IMG/VR virus record: IMGVR_UViG_3300042473_001265
Location: 276,173-340,172 of that record
Direction: 5' to 3' (one strand)
Length of the DNA stretch: 64,000 bases
Shown: piece after piece, positions 1-10,280 of the stretch
Layout: each line of letters starts with the position of its first letter
Position numbering within the stretch: position 1 is the first letter of the stretch
Position numbers and translations under genes: made by a program
The notes under the pieces: generated by a model
What the model was told of the DNA's origin: nothing
Databases searched by the model: none
Seen by the model: only the letters and a program-made list of their open reading frames with translations

Positions 1-40
1 TTGCCCATCCGATAAATAACACAAAGGTGTCAGGCCCAAA

Positions 41-289
41 ATGCAAAAGAAAACTAGAAGTTTGTTAGAAGAACTCGATTCAATGTACGTTGAGCGTGAC
101 AACCGCCATGTGATTGAAAACCGTGCCAGTAACATCATAGCCAGTGCCATACGCCTGCTAGAGCAGATTGACTCCATTTACGAGCCCGAAACTGCTAAGA
201 ATTTACAACGCAAATTGCTCAATGCCATCAACCTGCGTGACCCAGGCAAATTTACCAGAACCGTGAGAAAAACTGATGCAAATTCATGA
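41..289 (+). CDS. Hypothetical phage protein (82 aa)
   Basis: Late-promoter-like GATAAATA at 11-18; ORF overlaps start of next gene. Confidence 0.7.
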   Translation: MQKKTRSLLEELDSMYVERDNRHVIENRASNIIASAIRLLEQIDSIYEPETAKNLQRKLLNAINLRDPGKFTRTVRKTDANS

Positions 290-1829
290 ACTGAGTCGTA
301 GACGCCGCACAGACGAAGGTGTCTTTGACGTCGTTAAAGGTATCGGTAAGGCCGCAGGTTCTGCTCTCGGGGCTGCCACCGGCGTCACCAATCCCAATGC
401 ACAAGCAGCCTCTGCAGGAATTCTTGACCCTGCAAAAAAATTAGACGCAGTAAGAAAAAACAAGGACATGCAGAGAGTTGCTGCACAACTGGCCGCAGGA
501 TGGACTGCAGAAGCAACAAAACTAACTAAGGCACCAGCAGCTGGTGCAGCACCACTGCCCGAAGCAGTGGGCACATACAATAAAAAAACTGGCGCAGCAA
601 ATTTAGATGGTAAAACAATGACTTCATTGTCAGACTTGCCGCCTGCAATACAGCAACAGATACAAGCAAAACAACAAGCTGCTGTACCAGGCAGCGATGC
701 TACACCAACATCTGCAGAACAAGATGCAGCCGATGCAAGAGTTGCAGCTTCTGGTGCAAGTCCCGAAGAAGTTGCAAAGCAACGAGCAGCTAGAGAACAA
801 ACAATAGCAGCCAGAACTTCGCGTACTGCACCAACGGTCAAAACAGCTGATCCATCCGTTGATCCAAGATTAAATCCAACTGCTAATCCAAGATTAAATC
901 CAACTGCTAATCCGGCGATAAATCCAACTGCTAATCCGGCGATAAATCCAACTGCTAATCCGGCGATAAATCCAACTGCTAATCCGGCTGCCGCAACAAC
1001 AACACCAACTAAACCTGGCGCACCACCGGGATTCAATGCTGCCAATGTAATGAAGATGCCAGGCATGCAGCCGGCTGGTAAGAAACCTGCACCTGCCTCT
1101 GCTGCAACGACACCCAAGCCCGGTGCCCCTCCTGGATTCAATGCTGCCAATGTGATGAAGATGCCGGGCATGCCCGGACAACCTGCAACACCCGGGTCAA
1201 TAACACCCGGAGCAGCAGGAGGTGGTGCTGGACAGCCCGACGCAGTAACACCGCCTGCTGACCCGGCAGAAAAAGAATATTGGAACAAGTTTTTAGCATA
1301 TGTAAATAAAAAAACCGCCATTAGAGATGCCAGCACTTATCAAATGATCGGGCTAGATCAAATTCAAAAGCAATCTGGATATAAAAATGAACTTGAAGCA
1401 GCCAAAGCCAAAATTTTACAAGCATACAAAGCCGGGCAAGATGTAACACCAGCAGCCACTGAATATATATTGACAGCAATGGCTGGCGCCCAACTGATAT
1501 CTTCAAAAAATAGGGCCGGCGTGGAACTAGAACAGCCAGAAGTAGATCCAAACGATCCAGACGCTGCCGCAGGAGCCACAGGAGACAACGGTGCTGCCGC
1601 AGGCGGTGCAGCGCCTGGTACTGCGCCCGGTACTGCGCCCACTGCTGGTGGCAGAATTCTTGATACCGCAGGTGTACAAGGGCTATTCAAGTTGAACGGG
1701 GTTGATCCCGCACTGCTACCCAAACTTGGAACTGAATTAAGACGAGCCAGCGGAACCAACGCTGTGACCACAACTGGCAACGGCACAGTTGATAACATGC
1801 TGAAAGCATTGGGATTCAAAGTAACATGA
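276..1829 (+). CDS. Low-complexity Ala/Pro/Gly/Thr-rich protein with internal repeats, possible internal head protein
   Basis: 517 aa ORF, N-terminus MQIHEL...TDEG, tandem repeats, ATGA overlap with next gene. Confidence 0.75.
   Translation: MQIHELSRRRRTDEGVFDVVKGIGKAAGSALGAATGVTNPNAQAASAGILDPAKKLDAVRKNKDMQRVAAQLAAGWTAEATKLTKAPAAGAAPLPEAVGTYNKKTGAANLDGKTMTSLSDLPPAIQQQIQAKQQAAVPGSDATPTSAEQDAADARVAASGASPEEVAKQRAAREQTIAARTSRTAPTVKTADPSVDPRLNPTANPRLNPTANPAINPTANPAINPTANPAINPTANPAAATTTPTKPGAPPGFNAANVMKMPGMQPAGKKPAPASAATTPKPGAPPGFNAANVMKMPGMPGQPATPGSITPGAAGGGAGQPDAVTPPADPAEKEYWNKFLAYVNKKTAIRDASTYQMIGLDQIQKQSGYKNELEAAKAKILQAYKAGQDVTPAATEYILTAMAGAQLISSKNRAGVELEQPEVDPNDPDAAAGATGDNGAAAGGAAPGTAPGTAPTAGGRILDTAGVQGLFKLNGVDPALLPKLGTELRRASGTNAVTTTGNGTVDNMLKALGFKVT
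870..989 (+). repeat. Five tandem 24-nt units encoding (L/I)NPTANP(R/A)
   Basis: Units [t/a]taaatccaactgctaatcc[a/g]nnn start at 870, 894, 918, 942 and 966, in frame with the 276 ORF. Confidence 0.95.
994..1175 (+). repeat. Duplicated peptide block TP(T)[19 protein letters not shown]
   Basis: Two copies in the translation; DNA copies differ mainly at synonymous positions; ends approximate. Confidence 0.9.
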
Positions 1830-3694
1830 TATTAAAAGAAGGCGGCAATGTATTTAAAGATCAGAATGGTCGCATTCTGACTCAACGCATCAATCAAACA
1901 GACGTGAATCCCACCTTGGCCTGGTTGGAAATGCTGCTGCCGGGCCTGGATCTACAAAACAACAAACTGGGCTCAACTGGGCTAAAACCCACATCCGGTG
2001 ACTTGGATATAGCAGTGGATGCCAATGTTGTCAGCAAAGACCAATTGGCTGCAAAACTGACTCAGTGGGCTCAGAGCCATGGTCTCAAACCCGAAGACTA
2101 TGTGAAACGGTCCGGCATCAGTGTGCATTTTAAAACGCCCATCAATGGAAGACCCACAATGGGCTATGTGCAAACTGACTTTATGTTTTTGACCAATGTG
2201 CCATTCTCCAAGTTTGCGCTGACAGCCGCTGCTGACAGCAAGTACGGCGGATCTGATCGCAATGTGCTGATCAACAGCATAGCCAAAAGCATGGGTTACA
2301 AACTGAATCAAACTTCGGGCATTGCCGACCGCGCAACCAACAAAATTATCACAGATGATCCTGACAAGATTGCCAAGCTGTTGCTGAACAATCGTGCAAC
2401 CAAAGAAGATTTGTACAGTGTAGAAACTATTGTGGCTGCATTGGAACAGGATCCCAAGCGTGATGCCAAGTTGGCAGATGCTAGAGATCACTTTGCTAAA
2501 AAAGGTGTGCCTTTTATGGAAAGCGATGAACCAGTGTACAAAGAATACACCGAAGTGGATTTTCTTGCACGCCTGCGTGATCGTATTGTGAATCAAGGCA
2601 TGCAGGTCATTGTGGAAGGTGCAAAGGATGCCAGAATTGAACACTTAGAAGATCTAGTGTTTGAAAAAGGAACCCGGGGCATTCGTGAAGCAGTGGACAT
2701 CATGCGACATGCTGCTGAAAATACTAGAGCAACTACCACTGTCAAGTGGGATGGAAAGCCCGCCATTATATTTGGACGCAAGCCTGACGGCACATTTGTG
2801 CTCACAGACAAAAGCGGATTCAGTGCCAAAGGCTACGACGGCTTGGCCACATCACCGGAGCATATTCAACAAATAATGGCCCTGCGCAAAGGTGACAGAA
2901 CTGAACTGGTAGCTATCTATCAAAAGTTATTTCCTCTGTTACGGGCTGCCACTCCGGAAAACATGCGCGGCTATGTGCAAGGCGATCTGTTGTACACCAA
3001 CACTCCGCCCGAAGTTGCTGGCGCATTTGTGTTCCAACCAAACTTTGTTGAATACAAGATACCTGCTGGTAGTCAGCTGGGGCAGCGTATTGCTGCCAGC
3101 GAAGTGGGTGTTGCAATTCACACCAGATACAAAGATCCTGACAGTTCGCCTACTGCAATTAAAAACATCGCACTGGATCCTGTTCCAGGATTGTTGTTGA
3201 TTGAACCCAGTGTCAAAGACATTCAAAATATCGAACTCAATACTCAGTTGGTCAAGCAACTGAGTCAAATCATTTCTGTTCACGGCAAAGACATTGATGG
3301 ATTGTTCAATCCTGCGGACCTTCGTTCAGCTGGTATCACTGACTTACCACAGTTATGCAAACGCTATATCAATTCTAGAATTACCAGCAACTACGACAAC
3401 CTGCTGAATGGCTTTGGTGACTGGTTGCAGGCCAATGTGACACCACGCAAATTCAACAACATTGTGGAATATTTACAAAGCCCGCGATCCAACACCGACG
3501 GCATTACCGCAGCATTCGCAGCGTTCATGTTGTTGCACGATATCAAAACTGACATGTTGACACAGTTGGATCGTCAGCAGCCAGGCCAGGAAGGCTGGGT
3601 ACTAGCAACACCAGCAGGCCGCGCCAAACTGGTGAATAGATTTGGATTCAGTGCAGGAAACCGTGCTCTAAACAACCCAGAACAAGCAGCCTAA
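1826..3694 (+). CDS. Fusion of a pol-beta-type nucleotidyltransferase-like domain and a KWDG-motif ligase-like domain
   Basis: GSTG...SGDLDIAVD motif at N-terminus; RIEHLEDL...[13 protein letters not shown]...VLTDKSGF in C-terminal half. Confidence 0.65.
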   Translation: MILKEGGNVFKDQNGRILTQRINQTDVNPTLAWLEMLLPGLDLQNNKLGSTGLKPTSGDLDIAVDANVVSKDQLAAKLTQWAQSHGLKPEDYVKRSGISVHFKTPINGRPTMGYVQTDFMFLTNVPFSKFALTAAADSKYGGSDRNVLINSIAKSMGYKLNQTSGIADRATNKIITDDPDKIAKLLLNNRATKEDLYSVETIVAALEQDPKRDAKLADARDHFAKKGVPFMESDEPVYKEYTEVDFLARLRDRIVNQGMQVIVEGAKDARIEHLEDLVFEKGTRGIREAVDIMRHAAENTRATTTVKWDGKPAIIFGRKPDGTFVLTDKSGFSAKGYDGLATSPEHIQQIMALRKGDRTELVAIYQKLFPLLRAATPENMRGYVQGDLLYTNTPPEVAGAFVFQPNFVEYKIPAGSQLGQRIAASEVGVAIHTRYKDPDSSPTAIKNIALDPVPGLLLIEPSVKDIQNIELNTQLVKQLSQIISVHGKDIDGLFNPADLRSAGITDLPQLCKRYINSRITSNYDNLLNGFGDWLQANVTPRKFNNIVEYLQSPRSNTDGITAAFAAFMLLHDIKTDMLTQLDRQQPGQEGWVLATPAGRAKLVNRFGFSAGNRALNNPEQAA

Positions 3695-3715
3695 CCGGTA
3701 ATTTTTCTCCAAATA

Positions 3716-3723
3716 CATAAATA
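3716..3723 (+). promoter_or_regulatory. T4-like late promoter CATAAATA
   Basis: Close to the TATAAATA consensus; upstream of SD AGGAGA and ATG 3766. Confidence 0.65.
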
Positions 3724-3765
3724 AAAGTAGGTCAACCAAGACCACATACTTTAGGAGATTTTAAA

Positions 3766-4143
3766 ATGGCAAATATCACAACAGCAACGAACGGCACATA
3801 CCAACCAGTATCCAACATGGACTCTGGAACAGTAGCATCTTCACCAGGTGCTGGTTATCCAACACCGTTAAACAGCGCAACCAGTGCTGTCACAGTTAAC
3901 TTGGCTGGTCCAAAGTTAGACTTCTTCACAATCACTTTGGCAAGTTTGGCCACTAGTGGCGCAGTTTTGAATGCATGTATGCTTGCCATTCAAACCAAGG
4001 CCACTATTGCCATGTACGAAGTCACTGACGCTGGTACAGATACACTGGCTATTGCTGTGTATCCCACAGGCGCTTGGACCACTGCTACACTAGACACTGC
4101 CACTGGCGGTAGTACAGCAGCCACTGCAACATTCACAAACTAA
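3766..4143 (+). CDS. Small Ala/Thr-rich protein, probable virion structural component
   Basis: Own late promoter, strong SD and downstream terminator. Confidence 0.7.
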   Translation: MANITTATNGTYQPVSNMDSGTVASSPGAGYPTPLNSATSAVTVNLAGPKLDFFTITLASLATSGAVLNACMLAIQTKATIAMYEVTDAGTDTLAIAVYPTGAWTTATLDTATGGSTAATATFTN

Positions 4144-4162
4144 GCAATTAGTTTTTGATACA

Positions 4163-4195
4163 AAAACCCTGGATTAAAACCCAGGGTTTTCTTTT
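4163..4195 (+). terminator. Intrinsic terminator
   Basis: Perfect stem AAAACCCTGG/CCAGGGTTTT followed by a T-rich tract. Confidence 0.85.
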
Positions 4196-4213
4196 GGCGT
4201 TAAATACTTCATT

Positions 4214-4468
4214 ATGATGGTGAGCAAGATTACCGAAGTGACGATATTTGAAAGTCCAGATGGCGGCCGGACAGTGTATGCACGTCACCCAGGCGCACAG
4301 AATCGGTCACTGCATTATCAAGATCCCAAACTAAAACAAGAACTAGATGAATTAGAACACAAGCGCCGCTGGGCAGAAATATTTGAATCCCGGCACAACA
4401 ATGTAGCACTCAATGAACTGTGCAGTAAAGTTGAAGTGCTGTATGAATTGAGTAAAAAGAACAAATGA
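4214..4468 (+). CDS. Hypothetical protein
   Basis: 84 aa ORF just after TTAAATA; ATGA overlap with next gene. Confidence 0.7.
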   Translation: MMVSKITEVTIFESPDGGRTVYARHPGAQNRSLHYQDPKLKQELDELEHKRRWAEIFESRHNNVALNELCSKVEVLYELSKKNK

Positions 4469-4905
4469 AATATGCAGTACAAACTTTCTTTGACATAACA
4501 GCCACTGGAATTACAGGACATTTTAAACCGTCAAGGATTCCGTTTCGCGACAATGCAGGAAATATGATAACCGATGCAGAATCCTGGAATCGTGCTAGAA
4601 ATCAACAACGCAACTGGGAAACCGTAACACAGATTCTTGGACTAAGAACTCAGCTGTTCCGCCTGCAAGATCCCATAGTAGACACATCACGCAGTGCATG
4701 GATGTTTGAATTCGAAACAGAATCTGACAACATATACGGCAATGATGTTGATCCCACCAGCATATTGAGAGCCGATGCGGATGGTGTGCCCATGCTGACC
4801 GGACTGGATAACAAGCACGAATTGGCATCGACCATTGTCACTCAGGGCCCGGCTCAGAATATTTGGTTTGTTCCGGTCTCCATAAATAGATCAACGGAGA
4901 CTTAA
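4465..4905 (+). CDS. Hypothetical protein
   Basis: 146 aa ORF in a translationally coupled run. Confidence 0.7.
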   Translation: MKYAVQTFFDITATGITGHFKPSRIPFRDNAGNMITDAESWNRARNQQRNWETVTQILGLRTQLFRLQDPIVDTSRSAWMFEFETESDNIYGNDVDPTSILRADADGVPMLTGLDNKHELASTIVTQGPAQNIWFVPVSINRSTET

Positions 4906-5169
4906 ATGGTTGATACTACCAATATTGAAAAGAAAAGTTTAGAAGCACATGTGGAACTGTGTGCTGAACGCTACAGTGCGTTGGAATCAAGATTGGATAA
5001 TGTAGATTCTAAAATTTCTCAGCTTGAAAAAATCATTTGTGAAGTGCGCGACATGGTACAGTCCATGGCCGAAAAACGCAATGATCAATTGATCAACTGG
5101 GGCATAGGTACCATTGGTACACTAGTTGCTGTGGTTGGGTACCTTATTACACAATACGTTCTTAAATGA
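4906..5169 (+). CDS. Coiled-coil protein with C-terminal transmembrane helix
   Basis: Heptad-rich N-terminus, hydrophobic WGIGTIGTLVAVVGYLI; late promoter CATAAATA 4881-4888 and SD GGAG. Confidence 0.7.
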   Translation: MVDTTNIEKKSLEAHVELCAERYSALESRLDNVDSKISQLEKIICEVRDMVQSMAEKRNDQLINWGIGTIGTLVAVVGYLITQYVLK

Positions 5170-5663
5170 CCCTAGACACACAATTTGAACGCCTGTTTAA
5201 AACTGAGTTTGCGGCGCTACAGTCCAACAGTCTTTGGAAAAATGATGCTGGAGAATACCAAGTATTTGGGCGTTATCGCATTGTGAAAGAATCAGCAGGC
5301 TACAGAGTATACTGTTCTCTAACTGAAGTTGGGCTTTTTCACAGCACAAGAGCAGCACTGAGCTGGTGTATTGCCGACAAGTTTGCGCGGTATAACACAG
5401 CCAGGGATATACTACAGCTGGACAATAATTTACATTTTTTAACAGTGGATATCAACACCAGAGCTGCCCTGGGTGATCGTGCAAAAACTGCTGATCAGCA
5501 TGAAATTATACTGACCAAGCTGGAAAGTAAAATTATACAGAAAAAAGAGATAGAAAATAGGTTAGACATTTGTGTCAACTGGGCTAAATATTATCAACAA
5601 CAAGGATTCGACAATGAAACTGCAAGACCTGGCCGTGCTGCCACAAACAAAACAAATCGCTAA
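5166..5663 (+). CDS. Hypothetical protein
   Basis: 165 aa ORF, ATGA overlap. Confidence 0.7.
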   Translation: MTLDTQFERLFKTEFAALQSNSLWKNDAGEYQVFGRYRIVKESAGYRVYCSLTEVGLFHSTRAALSWCIADKFARYNTARDILQLDNNLHFLTVDINTRAALGDRAKTADQHEIILTKLESKIIQKKEIENRLDICVNWAKYYQQQGFDNETARPGRAATNKTNR

Positions 5664-6483
5664 AGTATTCGAAAGTTACTTTGGTAATACCATTACCTTT
5701 GAATCAATTTCCAAGCGCCATGCACATGCCATGTTGGGCCGAGTACGCAGCTTGATAAGCGAGCACCGTGCCACCACTTCCTATCATGGCAGTGAAAAAA
5801 GCCCAGCCTACTTAAAGTTGGTAATGATGGAACAAGTGCTGACCAAGAAACTTCGTGAAGAATTTCCAAGCACTGATGGCACTGCTGCGGTTGATCCAGC
5901 CAAGACCAAACAGGCCCTGGCCAAAATTCAAGATCCCAAACTCAAAGCTGCCATGACCAAAAGCGCAGCCGGACAGACACTTTCACCAGACGAACAAAAA
6001 CTTGTGCAAGGTGCAGCACTGCAAGCAGTGGCCGCAGAAAGCCGTCGTAGAACTGGTCGCCGTTTGAGTGAAAGCGAAGTGCAACAAGCTCAGGTTATCC
6101 TGGCCAGTCAAGACATGGTTGACCAAGTACAGAAGATGATTGAACAGGTCACTTCGTTACAATTTAAAGATTTGCCTGCGTTGGTAGATCAGATTCGCAA
6201 TGAAATTGGCTACGAGCAAGCAACAAAATTCAATGCCGACGCAACTGCTGCACTGGGCGGCATGGTTCAAAACTTGCAGGGCTCCAAAACACAATTGGAA
6301 GCTGCAATGGGCACAGTCACTGGTCAAGCTCCAGTAATACCCGGCGGCGATGTAGCTGCTGAATTACCAGTTGATCCAATGGCTGATCCAATGGCTGCTG
6401 CGCCAGCAGATGATTTAGACATCGATGTTGATGCAGACATTGAAGAACCAGTTTCGGCTGGTCTAGGTCGCGATCGCAGATAA
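5614..6483 (+). CDS. Hypothetical helical protein with acidic tail, possible head assembly/internal protein
   Basis: Start moved to ATG 5614 (SD AAGGA, late motif CTAAATA near 5584); L-x-E motifs (VFES, LSES). Confidence 0.65.
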   Translation: MKLQDLAVLPQTKQIAKVFESYFGNTITFESISKRHAHAMLGRVRSLISEHRATTSYHGSEKSPAYLKLVMMEQVLTKKLREEFPSTDGTAAVDPAKTKQALAKIQDPKLKAAMTKSAAGQTLSPDEQKLVQGAALQAVAAESRRRTGRRLSESEVQQAQVILASQDMVDQVQKMIEQVTSLQFKDLPALVDQIRNEIGYEQATKFNADATAALGGMVQNLQGSKTQLEAAMGTVTGQAPVIPGGDVAAELPVDPMADPMAAAPADDLDIDVDADIEEPVSAGLGRDRR

Positions 6484-6824
6484 TGCGTTTACGAGAGTTC
6501 GCTGAAGATCAAGCTGATGGTCAAAAACTTGCGGCATTGGCCACCTTTCTCAGCGACCGAGCCAATGACGAAGCAGCAGCAAAACAAATTAGCAAAAAAA
6601 CATTCATCGAACTTGCCCGCTCTGTGGGTGTCAATGTAAACGACACCAATCTCAATGACATGGTTGCTGCTGAACCACTCAGCAACATCCTCAACCCAAT
6701 TGATACTGGTTCAGACATAATCAGTTTCAAAGGCGACACAGAAGCTGCCACCGGCATGAGTGTTGATCAAGCTCAAGAAGTGGTCAACAGCAATGCCAAG
6801 TCGGCAATGAAACGCCGTCAGTAA
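6483..6824 (+). CDS. Hypothetical protein with MRLREFAE leader
   Basis: 113 aa ORF, TAATG overlap. Confidence 0.7.
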   Translation: MRLREFAEDQADGQKLAALATFLSDRANDEAAAKQISKKTFIELARSVGVNVNDTNLNDMVAAEPLSNILNPIDTGSDIISFKGDTEAATGMSVDQAQEVVNSNAKSAMKRRQ

Positions 6825-6949
6825 CACACTCAAAATCGCAGTATACTCAAAAGACTAGTAAATACACTGAGAGTGTAGTATACTATACGCATAGCTATTA
6901 TTACGATAGCTGTAAATTCAACAATTTAATACAACAGGAAATTTTTTAA

Positions 6950-7153
6950 ATGGCATCAGGTAAAGTAAAATGGTTTAATGAAACCAAAGGTTTTGGGTTT
7001 ATTACTCCAGACGCAGGCGGAGAAGAACTGTTCGCACACTACACAGCAATTCAAACAGATGGATTCAAGGTCCTCAAAGAAAATCAGCGTGTATCTTACG
7101 ATGTAGTTCAAGGACAAAAAGGCCTGCAAGCATCTAACATTGTGCCACAGTAA
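6950..7153 (+). CDS. cspA: Cold-shock protein (CSD)
   Basis: [15 protein letters not shown] (RNP1) and LFAHY (RNP2); 67 aa. Confidence 0.97.
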   Translation: MASGKVKWFNETKGFGFITPDAGGEELFAHYTAIQTDGFKVLKENQRVSYDVVQGQKGLQASNIVPQ

Positions 7154-7162
7154 ATCGCAACA

Positions 7163-7185
7163 GGCCGGGTTACTCCGGCTTTTTT
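7163..7185 (+). terminator. Intrinsic terminator after cspA
   Basis: GCCGG/CCGGC stem followed by TTTTTT. Confidence 0.8.
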
Positions 7186-7209
7186 ATCAAATTATAAAAC
7201 AATCAACAT

Positions 7210-7593
7210 ATGGCCTATTCAGAAAAAGTAGTTGATCATTATGAGAACCCAAGAAATGTAGGCAGCTTTGCCAAAGAAGATGGTGATGTCGGCACAGGCA
7301 TGGTCGGGGCTCCGGCCTGCGGCGATGTGATGAAGCTGCAAATCAAAGTCACCGACGGAGTAATCACAGATGCAAGATTTAAAACATACGGTTGCGGCAG
7401 CGCGATTGCGTCAAGTTCGCTTGTTACTGAATGGGTCAAAGGACTCACCCTTGAGCAGGCGGAAACGATCAAAAATAGCGAAATTGCTACTGAGCTTGCC
7501 CTTCCCCCTGTTAAAATTCATTGTTCAATACTTGCAGAAGATGCCATCAAAGCGGCGGTAGCTGACTATAGAATCAAGCATCCAGCGCAATGA
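7210..7593 (+). CDS. iscU: Fe-S cluster scaffold IscU
   Basis: YSEKVVDHYENPRNVG, GAPACGDVM, GCGSAIASSS, LPPVKIHCS. Confidence 0.97.
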   Translation: MAYSEKVVDHYENPRNVGSFAKEDGDVGTGMVGAPACGDVMKLQIKVTDGVITDARFKTYGCGSAIASSSLVTEWVKGLTLEQAETIKNSEIATELALPPVKIHCSILAEDAIKAAVADYRIKHPAQ

Positions 7594-7913
7594 TCGAAGT
7601 CACTGACACTGCTGCTAAAAAAATTAAAAAAAGTTTAGCCGCTCGCGGTCGCGGTGAAGGCATCCAAATTGGTGTACGAACCACTGGTTGTTCGGGACTT
7701 GCTTATGTGTTAGAATATGTAGACAATCCCAATTTGCATTGTGTACGACATTACGATTCAAATGGTGTACGGGTGTTCATTGATCCCAAACACCTGCCGT
7801 ACTTGGATGGCATGATAGTAGATTTCAAAAGGAACGGCCTCAACGAAGGTTTTGAGTTTATCAACAAAAACGAGCGCGACCGCTGCGGTTGCGGAGAATC
7901 ATTCAGAGTTTAG
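7590..7913 (+). CDS. iscA: A-type Fe-S carrier IscA
   Basis: TTGCSGLAY and C-terminal CGCGESF. Confidence 0.95.
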   Translation: MIEVTDTAAKKIKKSLAARGRGEGIQIGVRTTGCSGLAYVLEYVDNPNLHCVRHYDSNGVRVFIDPKHLPYLDGMIVDFKRNGLNEGFEFINKNERDRCGCGESFRV

Positions 7914-9542
7914 ATGAGAGTAAAATTTTGTTCGCATAGTCTGACACAACTAATCAAGCATGAAAAAGTCAGTGTAAATCCTGCATGGCTCTACATGCAA
8001 AAATGGTACGAACTGCATGGAAAAAATCCCAATGTAAAATGGTTGCTTCCTGGGATTGTATTATTAGATCCAATGGATGTTGTAATTGATAAAATTGTGC
8101 AAGAACAACCTGATATTTTGGGTCTTGGATTCTATGTTTGGAACTTTGACTTGCAATATCACATTGCCAGAGAAGTTAAAAAACAATTACCAGATATAAT
8201 TATAGTCTGCGGCGGTCCGCAACTATCGGTACACAAAGAAACAGAGACTGACAACCAAGTTGATTTTTTCATCAACCATCCGTATATAGACTATGTAGTG
8301 TACGGCGACGGCGAACGACCATTTCAGCAAATTATTGATTATCATTCCGGGCTCCTGTTCAATAAAGACGAGTTTGTTAACATTATTGAAAATGCCAATG
8401 GGGTAAGAAAAATATATCCGCACGAAACGTTGACAGATGAACTTTACCTAAGTCAAAGTCCTTATGTGAGTCAAGAAGCTCATATGGCCGAAGTGCGTGA
8501 TCATCTGGCAGCTTACGGAATTCCAATCGAAGACCAATACTGGGCTATTGAATTTGCCCGAGGATGTATGTATAGTTGTACATTTTGTGATTGGTCACAA
8601 AATTTAACTAAAAAAGTCAAACGTCGTACACACAACTGGAAACACGATATTGATTTGTTCCATCGACTAAATGTGGCCATACGAGAAACAGATGCCAACT
8701 TTGGACAATGGCCAGATGACATAAAAGCGTTTGATTATGCAATTTCTTTATATGATCCTGCTCGTAGTTTTTCTTTTATAGTGAACAACACTCCCAAACT
8801 CAAGAAAGATGTAACCGAGTATATTATTACTCAAAATAGTCTTGTGTATGATGTTCCGCCTGTGATCAATCTTCAAGATGCCGATGAAGATGTATTAAAG
8901 GCAATCGATCGTCCAGCAGTTCCGTGGGAAGCTATTGTTAAAATGACAAACAATCTAAGAAATAACTTACCGCCTGAAAAATTTCGCAAGACAGAACTGC
9001 AATGCATACTAGGGTTACCGGGGCAAACAGTTGACAGTCTAATTAATTCTTATGTTAAGTTTTTTGAATTGGGCTTGTTAAGAGCTTCATGGGCCAATTG
9101 GTCATTTTTACCAAACAGTCCAGCAGCTGATCCTGCTTATCAAAGATTCTGGGGGCTTGATATCAAGGAAGTGTACTTTGCATTTGAGTCTCATGTGGTG
9201 CCAGATCTTGGGGAACTATACAGCGAGTTAGCGTCTGGCAACAGTTTGTCAGACAAATTTTATAAGCTACCAATGGTGGTTGGTCATAAAACAATGAAAA
9301 TGTTAGATTTATGGACTGCTCAAATACTAGCAAAAAAATGGAACGAGTTGACTAGTCGTGTAGATCTAGTAGAAAAATACAATAGTTCTCAGGTAAGAAA
9401 CATACTGGGTAAATTAAAAACACACGCAATAAAAGAAGCAACAACACAATATGACATACATCAACACCATATCAACCAGCATGGTATTGTTGTATGGGGT
9501 CATTACCAAACTGAATCAAAACTCATACACAAAAATCTTTAA
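7914..9542 (+). CDS. Cobalamin-binding-domain radical SAM protein
   Basis: CxxxCxxC (CMYSCTFC) preceded by B12-BD-like region (GFYVWN, CGGPQ, YGDGE); GLPGQT; AT-rich. Confidence 0.85.
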   Translation: MRVKFCSHSLTQLIKHEKVSVNPAWLYMQKWYELHGKNPNVKWLLPGIVLLDPMDVVIDKIVQEQPDILGLGFYVWNFDLQYHIAREVKKQLPDIIIVCGGPQLSVHKETETDNQVDFFINHPYIDYVVYGDGERPFQQIIDYHSGLLFNKDEFVNIIENANGVRKIYPHETLTDELYLSQSPYVSQEAHMAEVRDHLAAYGIPIEDQYWAIEFARGCMYSCTFCDWSQNLTKKVKRRTHNWKHDIDLFHRLNVAIRETDANFGQWPDDIKAFDYAISLYDPARSFSFIVNNTPKLKKDVTEYIITQNSLVYDVPPVINLQDADEDVLKAIDRPAVPWEAIVKMTNNLRNNLPPEKFRKTELQCILGLPGQTVDSLINSYVKFFELGLLRASWANWSFLPNSPAADPAYQRFWGLDIKEVYFAFESHVVPDLGELYSELASGNSLSDKFYKLPMVVGHKTMKMLDLWTAQILAKKWNELTSRVDLVEKYNSSQVRNILGKLKTHAIKEATTQYDIHQHHINQHGIVVWGHYQTESKLIHKNL

Positions 9543-9545
9543 CCA

Positions 9546-10262
9546 ATGTACAATCCAAAATTCAACTATCACTCACTTGCCCGAGAGCAAGTGGACGGAA
9601 AACGTCTATATGCCACTCCTGATGGCAACAGGGTTCCTAGTGTAACCACTATTCTTGACAAGACCAAACCTGCAGAAAGTCGCATTGCACTGGCCAACTG
9701 GCGTAAAGCAGTGGGCGAAACAAAAGCACAGCAAATCACAACAGAAGCGGCCAACCGCGGCACAAGAATGCACACCTATCTTGAAAACTATGTCAAGACA
9801 GGCGAAATCAAAGACAAAGGCACCAATCCGTTTGGATGGGCAAGTCACGCCATGGCCGAAGTTGTGATCGAAAACGGGCTTAAAAATGTAGATGAGTTTT
9901 GGGGTGTGGAAGTGCCCTTGTACTTTCCCGGCATTTACGCAGGTACAACAGACTGCTGTGGCATGCACAACAACCAACAAAGTATTTTGGACTTTAAGCA
10001 AACAAACAAGCCCAAAAAAATTGAGTGGATTGAAGACTATTTCTTGCAACTGTGTGCCTATGCCGAAGCGCACAACGAAGTGTACGGCACAGACATACGC
10101 AAAGGTGTCATTTTAATGTGCGTTAAACCCACCACAGATGACATGGGCAATGTGACCAGCGCACCGCAATACCAAGAATTTGTCATTGAAGGTGCGGAAT
10201 TTGACCACTGGAAATCCCAATGGTGGAAAAGAGTCGAACAGTATTATCTGCTAAATAGTTGA
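9546..10262 (+). CDS. PD-(D/E)xK exonuclease (Cas4/MGME1-like)
   Basis: PSVTTIL, RGTRMH, YAGTTD, LDFK, QLCAY motifs. Confidence 0.85.
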   Translation: MYNPKFNYHSLAREQVDGKRLYATPDGNRVPSVTTILDKTKPAESRIALANWRKAVGETKAQQITTEAANRGTRMHTYLENYVKTGEIKDKGTNPFGWASHAMAEVVIENGLKNVDEFWGVEVPLYFPGIYAGTTDCCGMHNNQQSILDFKQTNKPKKIEWIEDYFLQLCAYAEAHNEVYGTDIRKGVILMCVKPTTDDMGNVTSAPQYQEFVIEGAEFDHWKSQWWKRVEQYYLLNS

Positions 10263-10280
10263 CAACAGAGGACAACTAAA

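Noticed and set aside
870-989. Possible CRISPR array
   Set aside because: Units are contiguous with no unique spacers and are in-frame coding repeats.
284-1819. Long minus-strand ORFs (284-1336, 1364-1819)
   Set aside because: Antisense shadows of the low-complexity + strand gene; no promoter or SD context. The same applies to most short overlapping ORFs in the track.
4906-5169. Holin call
   Set aside because: Only one TM helix and no endolysin nearby; left as a membrane protein.
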